A stretch of DNA of 64,000 bases from a virus: IMG/VR virus record IMGVR_UViG_3300036860_000514, positions 8,038 through 72,037 of that record, one strand, 5' to 3'. This document shows, one piece after another, positions 27,587 through 36,984 of this stretch. Below the pieces are notes generated by a model, which searched no databases, was not told where the DNA came from, and saw only the letters and a program-made list of their open reading frames with translations. Position 1 is the stretch's first letter. The number at the start of each line of letters is the position of its first letter. The position numbers and the translations under genes were made by a program.

Positions 27587-27879
27587 ATCCTCTCGTCCCA
27601 GATTGCAGACCAGTGTTTGACGTCGATCGGACCGAAGATATTCGGAATCTGTGTGATCCCTCGCGCGAGTAGTTCGTCTGTCACGAGGTCGCCGAACTTG
27701 CGCGCGTGATGCCCGAACAGGCGGTTGAATCCGTCTCGTTTCGACTCCAGGTAGCGATCGATCAATTGCTGGTCGTCATACCCTGCGAGTCGCTTACGGG
27801 TTTCCGGGTATCCCGCCTGTTCGTCTCGCAAGGTAAAGTACGGTTCCGCCAAACCGATAAACGCCCGTCCTGTGCTCAT
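27583..27879 (-). CDS. Hypothetical protein
   Basis: ATG 27879 with GGAG. Confidence 0.6.
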   Translation of the reverse strand: MSTGRAFIGLAEPYFTLRDEQAGYPETRKRLAGYDDQQLIDRYLESKRDGFNRLFGHHARKFGDLVTDELLARGITQIPNIFGPIDVKHWSAIWDERI

Positions 27880-27884
27880 ACGGG

Positions 27885-28235
27885 TTAGCTCCGCCCTTTG
27901 AGTTGCTCGTTTGCTTGCCTGAGTTGCTCTGCCCGTTCCTGTTGCGTGATCTCCCATTCGGCAGCCGTTCTGATCTTGCCCGCATGCTCGGCGTATATGT
28001 GGGCTGCCCGATCGCACGTCTGCCAGTCGGCCGGACCGGCAACTAAGGTACCGCTGGCGTAGATATAGCCGTGCTCTCGTTGCTGTCCCGCTGTCGAGCG
28101 CCATGCATGCTCGTATTTCGGACTGTCAATGACAATCCAACGGCGTGCCGATACTTTCACGATTACGATCACGTCTGTACCCTCTGCAAACAACTCAGGA
28201 CCGACGATCGATCCTGAGTTGCAAGCACAATGCAC
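27885..28235 (-). CDS. Hypothetical protein (start uncertain)
   Basis: ORF fills operon gap. Confidence 0.5.
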   Translation of the reverse strand: MHCACNSGSIVGPELFAEGTDVIVIVKVSARRWIVIDSPKYEHAWRSTAGQQREHGYIYASGTLVAGPADWQTCDRAAHIYAEHAGKIRTAAEWEITQQERAEQLRQANEQLKGRS

Positions 28236-28239
28236 AGCC

Positions 28240-28608
28240 TTAGAATGGACTGTCAGACTTCGTCTGACGCACCTGCCATTCCTCGTGAGCCTGTTCGATC
28301 GCCTTCGGCGTACCTTCCTGTTCGTACTCGGCGTACGCTTGCAGGATCAGATCCCGGATCCGTTCCTGCGCCGTGACATCCGCGATCGGCCGGAGCAGAG
28401 CAAACGATCGCCGCTCTCCATTGACGCTGTACTGGCGCGCCGGAAACGTCACATTGCGTCGACCTGCCGATCGTGACTCCCAGATAGAGAATCCAATCAG
28501 CTTGAGACCATCCAACGGCGCATCGGTAAAATCGGTAAAGTGGAGCTCGACGTCCGCCAGCTTGCCCGGAGGGTTGCCCTTGTCGTTCGCGATGATCTTG
28601 ATCTGCAT
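28240..28608 (-). CDS. SpoVG-like nucleic-acid-binding protein
   Basis: GKLADVELHF...LKLIGFSIWE...VTFPARQY...RPI...RIRDLILQAY. Confidence 0.65.
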   Translation of the reverse strand: MQIKIIANDKGNPPGKLADVELHFTDFTDAPLDGLKLIGFSIWESRSAGRRNVTFPARQYSVNGERRSFALLRPIADVTAQERIRDLILQAYAEYEQEGTPKAIEQAHEEWQVRQTKSDSPF

Positions 28609-28627
28609 TGGTTTACCTCTACTTGGA

Positions 28628-29029
28628 TTAAAAGACAGTGGACGGCGTACCAGCGTACGCGCCTGCTGGCGGACGATTGATCGGAGTCGGCTGCAATGGT
28701 GCTGGCCTGCCTTTCTGCGTTCCGGTTGTCGGAAAGAGCTCAGCCAACCACGTATCGTGCTCGGCCGATCGCTGTCGTCTCAGTGCTTGCACGCCGATGA
28801 TCAACAGACGAGCGGTGCTGAATCGGTCCGCCAGTACGGGACTATCGGTACTCGAGCTCGCACGAGCTCCACCCATTTCGGCGAGCTCCAATTGCCGATC
28901 GGTCAAGATCGCTGTGTCCTGCGTCACAAGCACAAACCGGAAGATCCGGGATGCGTACTCGCCTAACGTTTCGTACGGCCGTTGCTCACGAAAGCATCGG
29001 CGACGAGTCGACCATCTAATTTGTCTCAT
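28628..29029 (-). CDS. Hypothetical protein
   Basis: GAGG SD. Confidence 0.55.
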   Translation of the reverse strand: MRQIRWSTRRRCFREQRPYETLGEYASRIFRFVLVTQDTAILTDRQLELAEMGGARASSSTDSPVLADRFSTARLLIIGVQALRRQRSAEHDTWLAELFPTTGTQKGRPAPLQPTPINRPPAGAYAGTPSTVF

Positions 29030-29062
29030 ATGTTACCTCTGTTACCAGTGCAATCGAGACGA

Positions 29063-29090
29063 CAGGCTAGACACTGATGTATCTAGCCTG
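29063..29090. terminator. Intergenic hairpin
   Basis: CAGGCTAGA-10 nt-TCTAGCCTG. Confidence 0.35.
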
Positions 29091-29104
29091 CCTGATGGTC
29101 TGTT

Positions 29105-30226
29105 TTAGACGGTGACCAGCTTAGCGCCCCGAGCCAGTACGGCCGATGCGAGGGAATCGAGCGTATACCGATCATCCTGATACCCGCTCTGTTGGCTGAT
29201 GCGTGTCGTACCGCTCACGATTCCCCAGTACGACAGCGGGTTAAACGGTTCGTACTGTTCGCAGGATGCAATCGCCGAGTCAGCCTGTTCTTTGGTGTAC
29301 TTGAGACTGCGGAGCGCATCCACAACACTGTCACGCGTCGATGCAATCTGATTCGACATCAGAGACCGGATGATCTGCTCATCCTGCGATGCGGACCGTC
29401 CGTTGAATCGGTTCGCAACCTGGATTAGCTCACGCAAAGTGTCGCGCGTGATCTTGTCGCCAACGTGCCGACGTCGAAACGACCGATCGATCACGGCACC
29501 CCATAGGATGTGGTTGCCGCAGATGCGATCGAATAGGACGCATTCCAACGAGATGGCCGCATGGCCTACCTCGGAATTTCTCACCATGATCCCCCGGTGA
29601 ATGCCCCCGCCATTGGTGCCGCGTCCATCGTTCACCATGGATCCCCCGTCAATCCTGATGACGAAGGAATCACGATCGCCTCTGTACTGACCCGCAGGTT
29701 CACCGGTCCAGGTTGCTGGCGACTGCCACGTACCGCCGGCTGACCGCATGCCGTCACCGAAGTATCGATTGACTTCGCTGTACAAGGTCGCATCCCAGAC
29801 GCGGCCGTACGTCTCAGACGTGGCGGACCGAATAACGGGTAACCCGCCATTCGCCTTGACGAGTAATTTCAGGTCCGTACCGCTCAGCGTACGTCCGTTC
29901 TGTATGCCTTCGTTGACGCAGCGTGCGCCGAGTTCGGGTGACAAGGTGCGCAGGTAGGATGCTGGCGCGCCGATGACACGGGACAATTGCCCGAAGGCGT
30001 AGTGTGTAAAGGTTGCGACCTTGCCCGTAGGCGATTGCAGGCCGACGGTTGCCGGTTGCCCGTTTGCCGGCACTTCGACCGCTCGCAGATCTCGTAGGCT
30101 ATAGGTCGCCTCCCGACTGATCTCTTTCTCAGCTTGCGCGGCACTGATCAAATCCTGTAGCGACGCGTACCGCTCGTCTGCTGGACGGTTCGCGTATTCG
30201 GTTGCCGCTGTCGTGATGTTTGCCAT
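29105..30226 (-). CDS. DUF932-family protein
   Basis: RPADERY.SL, FGQLS...GAPA.YL, TSETYGRVWD, DRDSF, RGIMV.NSEVG, RIC.NHILWG. Confidence 0.8.
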   Translation of the reverse strand: MANITTAATEYANRPADERYASLQDLISAAQAEKEISREATYSLRDLRAVEVPANGQPATVGLQSPTGKVATFTHYAFGQLSRVIGAPASYLRTLSPELGARCVNEGIQNGRTLSGTDLKLLVKANGGLPVIRSATSETYGRVWDATLYSEVNRYFGDGMRSAGGTWQSPATWTGEPAGQYRGDRDSFVIRIDGGSMVNDGRGTNGGGIHRGIMVRNSEVGHAAISLECVLFDRICGNHILWGAVIDRSFRRRHVGDKITRDTLRELIQVANRFNGRSASQDEQIIRSLMSNQIASTRDSVVDALRSLKYTKEQADSAIASCEQYEPFNPLSYWGIVSGTTRISQQSGYQDDRYTLDSLASAVLARGAKLVTV

Positions 30227-30425
30227 GATCTTCTCTCCGTTGTACTGACCGGTTCCCAGTGTTACCGCGTGATTACGGTCCTGTCGGAGTACCGGTGAAC
30301 CCTTTCGCTGTCTGATCCCTATTTGTGCGTCCTAGTGACCTCCGATCGCTAAGTGCAAGGTTCGCCTTGCCTTGCACCGGTTGACCGCTCTGTCACGTCC
30401 AGGTGATATGACAGCGCGAGCAAAA

Positions 30426-30454
30426 ATCGTCTCGTACTTGAATCGGCAAGTCAA
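30426..30454 (-). promoter_or_regulatory. Leftward early promoter
   Basis: TTGACT-17 nt-GACGAT on the minus strand, AT-rich upstream. Confidence 0.55.
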
Positions 30455-30604
30455 GAAAAATCTTGATCTCGTGAGATAAAAAGAATGTAGTGAATAGCGA
30501 CGCTCGATCCTGGCTTCAGGCGGTACAGCCTGCGAGCGTTCACGTACTCGGCACAAAATAGCTCGTACTTCGCCGCTCGTAACTTATTTACAGGCCTCGA
30601 TTTA

Positions 30605-30633
30605 GCGTCGCATAATAGCGGATTATGTTAACT
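30605..30633 (+). other. dif-like XerC/XerD recombination site
   Basis: GCGTCGCATAA-TAGCGGA-TTATGTTAACT vs E. coli dif GGTGCGCATAA-TGTATA-TTATGTTAAAT. Confidence 0.72.
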
Positions 30634-30960
30634 AGACCTCAGCACAGAGCTTGCAAGGCGCGATTGGTGCGATAATTGCATGCGTATCTAGCTCGACCAT
30701 TGTCCGAAGGGTGCCGGCGGGGGGTGGCGGGCGTACATGCGCCCAGGTTCAGCAATTTAAATTTTTTCTGGAAGCGTCTTTGCTTGTGCAGTCATGTCAC
30801 GTGACCGAGTCGAGCGCCCAGGAAGGCCTCAGTCGCACCAGCGTGGTGAGGTCGCACGGGACGACGGGGGTTGGCAAGCGTCCCGACTCGGTCGCCACCA
30901 ACCCTCAGCGCTGCGGCGCTAGCGTTCGTTCCTGTCGCGACGCGTCCGATCCGGTGTGAG

Positions 30961-30997
30961 AAGGGCTTGACAGTCAGGTCACAGAGCGGGGAGACTC
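30961..30997 (+). promoter_or_regulatory. Late promoter candidate with operator-like palindrome
   Basis: AAGGGC-TTGACA, overlapped by GGCTTGAC-A-GTCAGGTC; weak -10 GAGACT at 18 nt. Confidence 0.45.
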
Positions 30998-31003
30998 CCG
31001 AGT

Positions 31004-31342
31004 ATGCGGATCCCCCGACTCGTCGCGGTGGGATTGCTCGCCCGCCGCCTGACGCGGACGCTGGAGGCCATCGATCGGCACCTGGTCGACCAGAACGTGC
31101 TCCTCACACGCCTCGTCGATCACCTCGCCCCGGTCCCCCCGCCTGGTGAGGATGTCCGCACCGCGAGCGCGATCGATTACCTGAACCAGACGGAAGCCGG
31201 ATTGGTGCTCAGCTACATCGAACGCACCGTGCACGAGCTCGGCCGCCAACCGACTGAAGACGAGATCCTCGCGTATCTCGCCGATGAGGCGACCACCGAT
31301 CTGCAGGCGCGACTCGCCGGCGCTGATCCGAGGGCCGTCTGA
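31004..31342 (+). CDS. Hypothetical protein
   Basis: First late-strand ORF; stop overlaps next start. Confidence 0.7.
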   Translation: MRIPRLVAVGLLARRLTRTLEAIDRHLVDQNVLLTRLVDHLAPVPPPGEDVRTASAIDYLNQTEAGLVLSYIERTVHELGRQPTEDEILAYLADEATTDLQARLAGADPRAV

Positions 31343-32094
31343 TGCCACGCACCAAACGCCCGGCCCTGCTCCCACCGGCCTCGCTCGTCTCCGAGGACGA
31401 GGCCTTGGCGGTCGATGTCGCCGCCGACGCGATTCACGGCTTCGAGAAGGCGCTGGGCGGCCGCCGGGCCTTTATCGAGGCGCTCGCCATCGACGGCAGC
31501 CCGGCGATTCGCGTCCTGCTCTCGCTGCTCCTCGACAGTCACTACGATCGCTACAGCCTCGGCCAGCTCGCCGTCCACGCGAAGATCGGCCTCACCGACC
31601 TGCTGCGCGCCTACCGGAACAACCGCCTGGCCCGGGCGCAGATTCTCGCGGTCGATCGCATCGCGGCACGCCTGCCCGCCGTGGTGGAGGACGTGATGCG
31701 CCGCGCGATGCCGCACGAAGGGCAATGCTCGATCTGTCGGGGCACGGGGAAGGTGCTGCCGGAGCCGACCAAGCGCCGGCCCGACCCGACCCCGGTCAAA
31801 TGTGGGGTCTGCAACGGCAAGGGGACGCGGATGATCCTGCCCGATCTCGAGCGTCAGAAGCTCGCCCTCGAGATCGGCGAACTCCTGCGTGTACCGAAGA
31901 ATGGCCCGACCGTCCTCCAGCAGTTCAACTTTCCCGGCGGCGGCTCGGGGCCCGTGCCCGGCAGCAGTCTCGTGCCGGGCGCGCTCGAGCAGATGCAACA
32001 GGCCGTCGCCCGGGTGCTCTACGATCCGCGGCGCCCGATCGAATTGCCCCCCATCGAGGCCGAGGCGGTCCCCGAGGGCGAGAGATCCCCATGA
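31342..32094 (+). CDS. Putative terminase small subunit with DnaJ-type Zn finger
   Basis: Position upstream of TerL; CSICRGTG and CGVCNGKG. Confidence 0.55.
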   Translation: MPRTKRPALLPPASLVSEDEALAVDVAADAIHGFEKALGGRRAFIEALAIDGSPAIRVLLSLLLDSHYDRYSLGQLAVHAKIGLTDLLRAYRNNRLARAQILAVDRIAARLPAVVEDVMRRAMPHEGQCSICRGTGKVLPEPTKRRPDPTPVKCGVCNGKGTRMILPDLERQKLALEIGELLRVPKNGPTVLQQFNFPGGGSGPVPGSSLVPGALEQMQQAVARVLYDPRRPIELPPIEAEAVPEGERSP

Positions 32095-32366
32095 GCGACA
32101 CCCTCGTGCTCGCCTCGCTAGCGCTGGTGCTCCCAGCGCTCACGCTCCTGGTCGTCTACCACGCCATCACGCGGAGCAGTCGGGCGATCACCCTGGAGAT
32201 GTCGAACATCCTCGGCAAGCTCGAGCTCTCGATCAACGGCAAGGTCGACAAAGTCATGGAAGCCATGGGGGACGTCCGGGAAGTGAAGGGCAAGGTCGAG
32301 GGGCTGATCGAAGGCCAGAAGACGATCCAGGTCGTCGACCGCCGCAAAGAGAATGAGCCTCATTAA
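32091..32366 (+). CDS. Single-TM holin/antiholin-like protein
   Basis: N-terminal hydrophobic LVLASLALVLPALTLLVVY. Confidence 0.5.
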   Translation: MSDTLVLASLALVLPALTLLVVYHAITRSSRAITLEMSNILGKLELSINGKVDKVMEAMGDVREVKGKVEGLIEGQKTIQVVDRRKENEPH

Positions 32367-32862
32367 CGAACGGCTCTGGTACTTGCAGGATTCCGTCCTC
32401 CCCGGTGCCCTCGCCTTGCTGCCGCAGCGGATGGATTCGGTCGAGGCGCGGGCGGAACTGCTGACCATTGCGCTGCACGAGAGCGGACTCACCGCGCGCC
32501 TGCAGACACCGAAGGACGTCGCCCATGGGTTCTGGCAGTTCGAACAAGGGGGTGGCGTGACCGAGGTCCTCACTTCCCCCATCACCCGTCCGCTGCTTCT
32601 GCCGATTTGCGATCTGCTGCTTATCGACTTGACCCCCGGCGCCTGTTGGCGGGCCATCGTCTACCAGGATGTGCTCGCCTGCGTCTTTGCTCGGCTCTTG
32701 CTCTGGCTCGTCCCCTCTGCGCTCCCGCTCCGCACCGAACCGGGCAAGGGGTACCGGCAGTACCTCTCGGCCTGGAAACCGAACGCACACGCCGCCTCGG
32801 CGCACGCGAAGGACTGGCCGGCGCACTTCGCGCGAGCGTGGGCCGTCGCGGCTGGAGACTGA
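32353..32862 (+). CDS. Endolysin-like (lysozyme-fold) protein
   Basis: LLTIALHESG...AHGFWQFEQGGG...DVLACVFARLLLW...YLSAWKP; flanked by membrane proteins. Confidence 0.7.
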   Translation: MSLINERLWYLQDSVLPGALALLPQRMDSVEARAELLTIALHESGLTARLQTPKDVAHGFWQFEQGGGVTEVLTSPITRPLLLPICDLLLIDLTPGACWRAIVYQDVLACVFARLLLWLVPSALPLRTEPGKGYRQYLSAWKPNAHAASAHAKDWPAHFARAWAVAAGD

Positions 32863-32868
32863 CCGATC

Positions 32869-33078
32869 ATGGCTGATGATTTCGTGCAGCGCGCCCTCGG
32901 CGCCATCGTCCGGCACGGGCTCACGGTGCTCGCCGGCTATCTCGTCGCCAACGGTATCTGGACCGAAGACGTAGCGACCAACTTCGCCGGCGCCGCAGCC
33001 GTCGCTATCGTCGCGCTCGGCTGGTCCCTCTACAAGAAGGCCACGACGCGCGAGCTGCCAGTCCCGAAGAAACTCTGA
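32869..33078 (+). CDS. Holin-like two-TM protein
   Basis: IVRHGLTVLAGYLVANG...AIVALGWSLYKK. Confidence 0.7.
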   Translation: MADDFVQRALGAIVRHGLTVLAGYLVANGIWTEDVATNFAGAAAVAIVALGWSLYKKATTRELPVPKKL

Positions 33079-33084
33079 GCCCCC

Positions 33085-35364
33085 GTGTACCATCCGCTCG
33101 TCATCGCGGCGAAGGAACGCGCGCTGCTCACCGAGGCGCGCTTGGCGGGCCTCTTTCCCGCCGGCACGATTCCCCGCTACGACGTCGACACCTCTGCGGA
33201 GTTCACGGCGCGGGTGATGCAGATCCGCGACGAGACCGGGGTCTTCAGCCGTCCCTTCACGGACGAGGAGGAGCTCTTCCTCGCCGCCACGCGCCTGCGC
33301 ATCACGATCGACTTCCCGTACTTTGCCGAGCGCTTCGTCTGGATTGACCAGGAAGGCCATGGCCTGCGCCCTTTATATCCTCTGTGGGAGAGTCAGCGCT
33401 GCTTCCTCGACAAGGTCGCCGCGATGGAGCTCGCCATCTACCGGGCGGGGGCGCCCGACGGCATCCTGATCAACGAACTCAAAGCGCGCCAGCTCGGGAT
33501 CTCGACGATCTCCGAGGCGATGGTGGCGCACCGGGTGCTCACCCGCCCGCACGTGCGCGCGCTCTGCGGCGCCGACGTCGAAGATCAAGCCAAGTACCTC
33601 TGGGACATGGTCGAGCGGATCTACGACAACCTGCCCTGGTTCCTCAAACCCGATCGCCTGACCCGGGTCAAAGGGCGCGAACTGAGCTTTTCGAACGCCT
33701 CGATGCTGCGCTCGGCCTGGGGCAAATCCACCCGCGGCGAACTCCAGGAAGTGACCGGGCGCCAGAAGGGCCACATCGGCCGCGGCAAGACCTTCTCGGT
33801 CGTCCACATCTCGGAGCTCTCGACCTGGGACAACCCGCAACAGCTCGACGGCTCGCTGCTGCAGACGATCCCGATGGATCCGGACACCCTGGTGATCCTG
33901 GAGTCGACCGCCAAAGGCGCCGGCAACTGGTGGCACAACCACTGGCTGACGACGGAAGAGGGCCACGGGCGCTATCAGAATCACTTCGTCCCATGGGGCG
34001 CCGAGCCGAGCAAGTACACGCAGCCCGCGCCAGGCGACTGGATGCCCTCGGAGACGACGCTGCAGGAAGCGACCAAAGCCGAGCGCATCTGGCCTAAATA
34101 TTTGGGGCATCCCGTCTATCTCACCCGCGATCAGTTGTACTTCTATGAAAGAACCAGGGAGTACTTCGTCCGCAAGAACAACCTTGCGGAATTTTTGGAA
34201 GAGTACGCGAGCGACCCCGAAGCCTGCTTCCTCTATTCCGGCCGCTCGGTCTGGTCGCTGGAACAACTCGAGCTCCTCGACCGCCTGGCGCGCCCACTCC
34301 TCGATGTGTGGGAAGTCAAGCCGGCTCGCGATGTCGCCGAGCTGAAGCGCCAGGAGCTCGCCGATCCGACCTCGGTGCACTACGATCTGCGCTCGCCGTC
34401 GCCGCCGCTGGCCCCGCGCGCGCCACAGGCTCGCACCGGCGAAGACGTGCTCATGCCGGCCGGCTACGGCTTCCGCCGGCTCTCGAAAGCGGAGCTCCAG
34501 GCCCTGCCGAACCTCCGCGGGGGCGTGCTGGCGATTTGGGAGTACCCGCGCAAGCGGGGCCCGCGCCGCTACATCCTCGCGGGAGACGTCGGCGATGGGC
34601 TCGGAGGCGATTACTCGGTGGGGACGGTGGTGCGCCTCGGGACGATCGAAGAGCCGGCCGAGGAGGTCGCGCAGTTCGTCAGTAACGAGCTCACGCCCAC
34701 ACAGTTCGCCTTCACCTTGGATGCGATCGGGCACCTCTACACGGATGAGGATGGGATCGAAGCCTGTGCCGCGATCGAGTGCAACAACCACGGCCTCTCG
34801 ACCCAGGACACGCTCCAGCTTCACCTCGGCTACACCCACTTCTACGTGTGGGAGTACGCGGACTCGGCCTCTCCCGAACGTCGCTTCTCGACTCGCATCG
34901 GCTGGCTGACGACCGAACGGACGAGACCCATCCTGCTCGACAAGTTCTACGAGGCGACCACGACCCTCGACCCCGTCACGGGCCTCCCCGACTTCCGCCT
35001 CAACTCGCCGATCACGAGGAGTGAACTACGTCACTTCCTGGTTCCTGACGAGCTCGGCGCGACGCTCGGCGATGCCCGCGCCGTCTCGGGGCAACACGAT
35101 GATGCGATTCTCGCGGGAGCAATCGGCTATTATGTCGCCTATCGGCACGCGGGCGGAGAAACGGAGCCGATCGCCGAACGTCGCCGGCGGCGGGAGGCCC
35201 TCAGAGCCCTGCAAGCCGCGCGCTCGAGTGAGCGTCCGGACTGGCGGAACACGGCGACGACGGCGGAGGAAACCCAGCATGCCCTCGACACCGACCTCGA
35301 CGAACGCGACGACCCCGTCGGCCTCCACTTCGACCCCCGAGGGAGCATCGATTTCGATACCTAA
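33085..35364 (+). CDS. terL: Terminase large subunit
   Basis: LKARQLGIST, VHISE, ILESTAKG, GDVGDG, AIECNNHG, HDDAIL. Confidence 0.92.
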   Translation: MYHPLVIAAKERALLTEARLAGLFPAGTIPRYDVDTSAEFTARVMQIRDETGVFSRPFTDEEELFLAATRLRITIDFPYFAERFVWIDQEGHGLRPLYPLWESQRCFLDKVAAMELAIYRAGAPDGILINELKARQLGISTISEAMVAHRVLTRPHVRALCGADVEDQAKYLWDMVERIYDNLPWFLKPDRLTRVKGRELSFSNASMLRSAWGKSTRGELQEVTGRQKGHIGRGKTFSVVHISELSTWDNPQQLDGSLLQTIPMDPDTLVILESTAKGAGNWWHNHWLTTEEGHGRYQNHFVPWGAEPSKYTQPAPGDWMPSETTLQEATKAERIWPKYLGHPVYLTRDQLYFYERTREYFVRKNNLAEFLEEYASDPEACFLYSGRSVWSLEQLELLDRLARPLLDVWEVKPARDVAELKRQELADPTSVHYDLRSPSPPLAPRAPQARTGEDVLMPAGYGFRRLSKAELQALPNLRGGVLAIWEYPRKRGPRRYILAGDVGDGLGGDYSVGTVVRLGTIEEPAEEVAQFVSNELTPTQFAFTLDAIGHLYTDEDGIEACAAIECNNHGLSTQDTLQLHLGYTHFYVWEYADSASPERRFSTRIGWLTTERTRPILLDKFYEATTTLDPVTGLPDFRLNSPITRSELRHFLVPDELGATLGDARAVSGQHDDAILAGAIGYYVAYRHAGGETEPIAERRRRREALRALQAARSSERPDWRNTATTAEETQHALDTDLDERDDPVGLHFDPRGSIDFDT

Positions 35365-35812
35365 GAAACTGCGCGTCCGCCGGCTCGGGGCGATCCTGAC
35401 CGCAGTCGAAGCCCAGAAGAAAGAGACGATCACGCTCGCCTCCGGAGACGCCCGCGAGGTGCGCAAGGGCGATTGGATCATCCACCAGGGCGAGACGGTG
35501 CTCGCCGCCCTGACGACCGACGAGCTCCTGAACCAGTACGATCTCGTGCAAGAGCACAGTCTGCTCCTCGACCGGCCGACCTGTGAGGCGGTTGAACAGC
35601 GGATCGGCCTCGGCTCCACGCGCACGTCGGCCGACTTGCTGCGCGCACTCGACCGGCTGGCCTCGCTGCGGATCGGCGAGGTCCGGATCGACTTCACCCC
35701 GGGCCAACTCGAGGAGCTGGTGCACCGCGCGGACAAACGCGGCATCACGCTCGCCCAGGAAATTGCCCGCGTGGTCGATCGAATCAAAGAGGAACTCTTC
35801 TACCGGAGCTGA
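35279..35812 (+). CDS. Hypothetical protein
   Basis: ATG 35279 with GGAGG; overlaps the terL tail. Confidence 0.6.
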   Translation: MPSTPTSTNATTPSASTSTPEGASISIPKKLRVRRLGAILTAVEAQKKETITLASGDAREVRKGDWIIHQGETVLAALTTDELLNQYDLVQEHSLLLDRPTCEAVEQRIGLGSTRTSADLLRALDRLASLRIGEVRIDFTPGQLEELVHRADKRGITLAQEIARVVDRIKEELFYRS

Positions 35813-35815
35813 GGC

Positions 35816-36197
35816 ATGCGCCTACTGCTGGTCCTGCTCTTCGTCCTCGGATCGGGGCCGACCGAACCCACATACGTCTACCAGGCGAAGACGCTGCGCG
35901 TGCTCGACGGGGATACCTACGAATTTCTGATTGATCTCGGGTTTCAGACCTCCACCACGCAAGAAATTCGCCTCTATCACTGGGATTGTCCCGAGCTCCC
36001 CACGCCCGAGGGCAAAGCCGCCGCGGCGAAGGCCGAGAGCCTCCTGAAGGATCAGACGGTTCTCGTCGAACTGATTCTCGGCCCGCGCAGTCATCAAACC
36101 CATCCGATCGTTCATTCGCTGGGTCGCGAAGGTCTGGATCGCTGGGAAGGATCTCGGCGAACTCCTCGCGCCGGCCTGTGCCTATGCCGCTCCATGA
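35816..36197 (+). pseudogene. Thermonuclease (SNase-like) with signal peptide; apparent +1 frameshift near 36095
   Basis: RVLDGDT..FLIDLGF...IRL..WDCPE in frame 1; RSFIRWVAKVWIAGKDLGELL in the +1 frame. Confidence 0.6.
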
Positions 36198-36702
36198 TTA
36201 CGTACACTGCATGACCGTGGTGGTCGATCAGTACCGATCGGTCGAGGAAGGCGCGATCGCCAACCCGCCGCGCTGCCCGGAGTGCGGGCAGCCGATGGAT
36301 TTCATCTATGCCACGACGGCGATGGATGTGGGCGGGGTGAAGGGCGCCGGCTTCAAAGCCTTCGATACCTTCGACGGCCGGGGCCGTCCGGTCCGCATCG
36401 AGAACCTCCGCGCTCTGCGCAAGCTCGAGAAGGAGAGCGAACAGCAATACCGCGATGGTGCGGGCCAGCCCCTCACCTTCCGGATGTGGTCCCAGGGCGA
36501 CTCGAATCGGGACGCGCGGGCCGATCACCGCGACTGGTCAGGTGGGGAACAGCCCACCCCCGCGGCCGCGCACACCTTTGGGGCCTCCCTGCAGCGATCG
36601 ATCGAGGAACCCGATCAGGGCTTCGGACCTGGGGTGCACGAGGGCAACGCGAGCGCCCTCGGGATGGGCGCGGACTTCACCACCGAGGACCTTGCTGAAT
36701 GA
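36184..36702 (+). CDS. FmdB-like Zn-ribbon phage protein
   Basis: MPLHDY.HC...CPECG.PM. Confidence 0.6.
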   Translation: MPLHDYVHCMTVVVDQYRSVEEGAIANPPRCPECGQPMDFIYATTAMDVGGVKGAGFKAFDTFDGRGRPVRIENLRALRKLEKESEQQYRDGAGQPLTFRMWSQGDSNRDARADHRDWSGGEQPTPAAAHTFGASLQRSIEEPDQGFGPGVHEGNASALGMGADFTTEDLAE

Positions 36703-36984
36703 ATCCCGTTGATCTCTCCGCGCTCGCGCAGGATCCCGAACCGATCTTTGTTGAGATCGCGAAGGATCAACCCGAGTACCGGACATTGCCGGCGCTGGTG
36801 TACCGCGATGGAAAGGTCCTCACTGAGTGGACGTTGACAGAGGAGGAGCGCCGACGGCCTGATTCGTGGCGAGCGGATTCGCCTCTGGGTCTGGGTCTTC
36901 CCGACACGATGTCTAGCGTGTGGCCTGATCGCGCCGGGGAGACTGCAACCCGTCGCAATCGAGGTGACACCTGAAGATGGCTGA
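36699..36984 (+). pseudogene. Phage hypothetical protein with apparent +1 frameshift near 36858
   Basis: AKDQPEYRTLPA...EWTLTEEER continues naturally as LIRGERIRLWVW...LQPVAIEV in the +1 frame. Confidence 0.5.

Noticed and set aside
30227-30420. Known riboswitch (e.g. c-di-GMP-I)
   Set aside because: Could not match the consensus by eye; kept only as an unclassified structured leader
30710-30770. cos/pac or genome-end signal (G-run followed by AT tract)
   Set aside because: Position upstream of the terminase is suggestive but cannot be supported without read-end data
33373-34839. 488-aa minus-strand ORF
   Set aside because: Antisense shadow of terL
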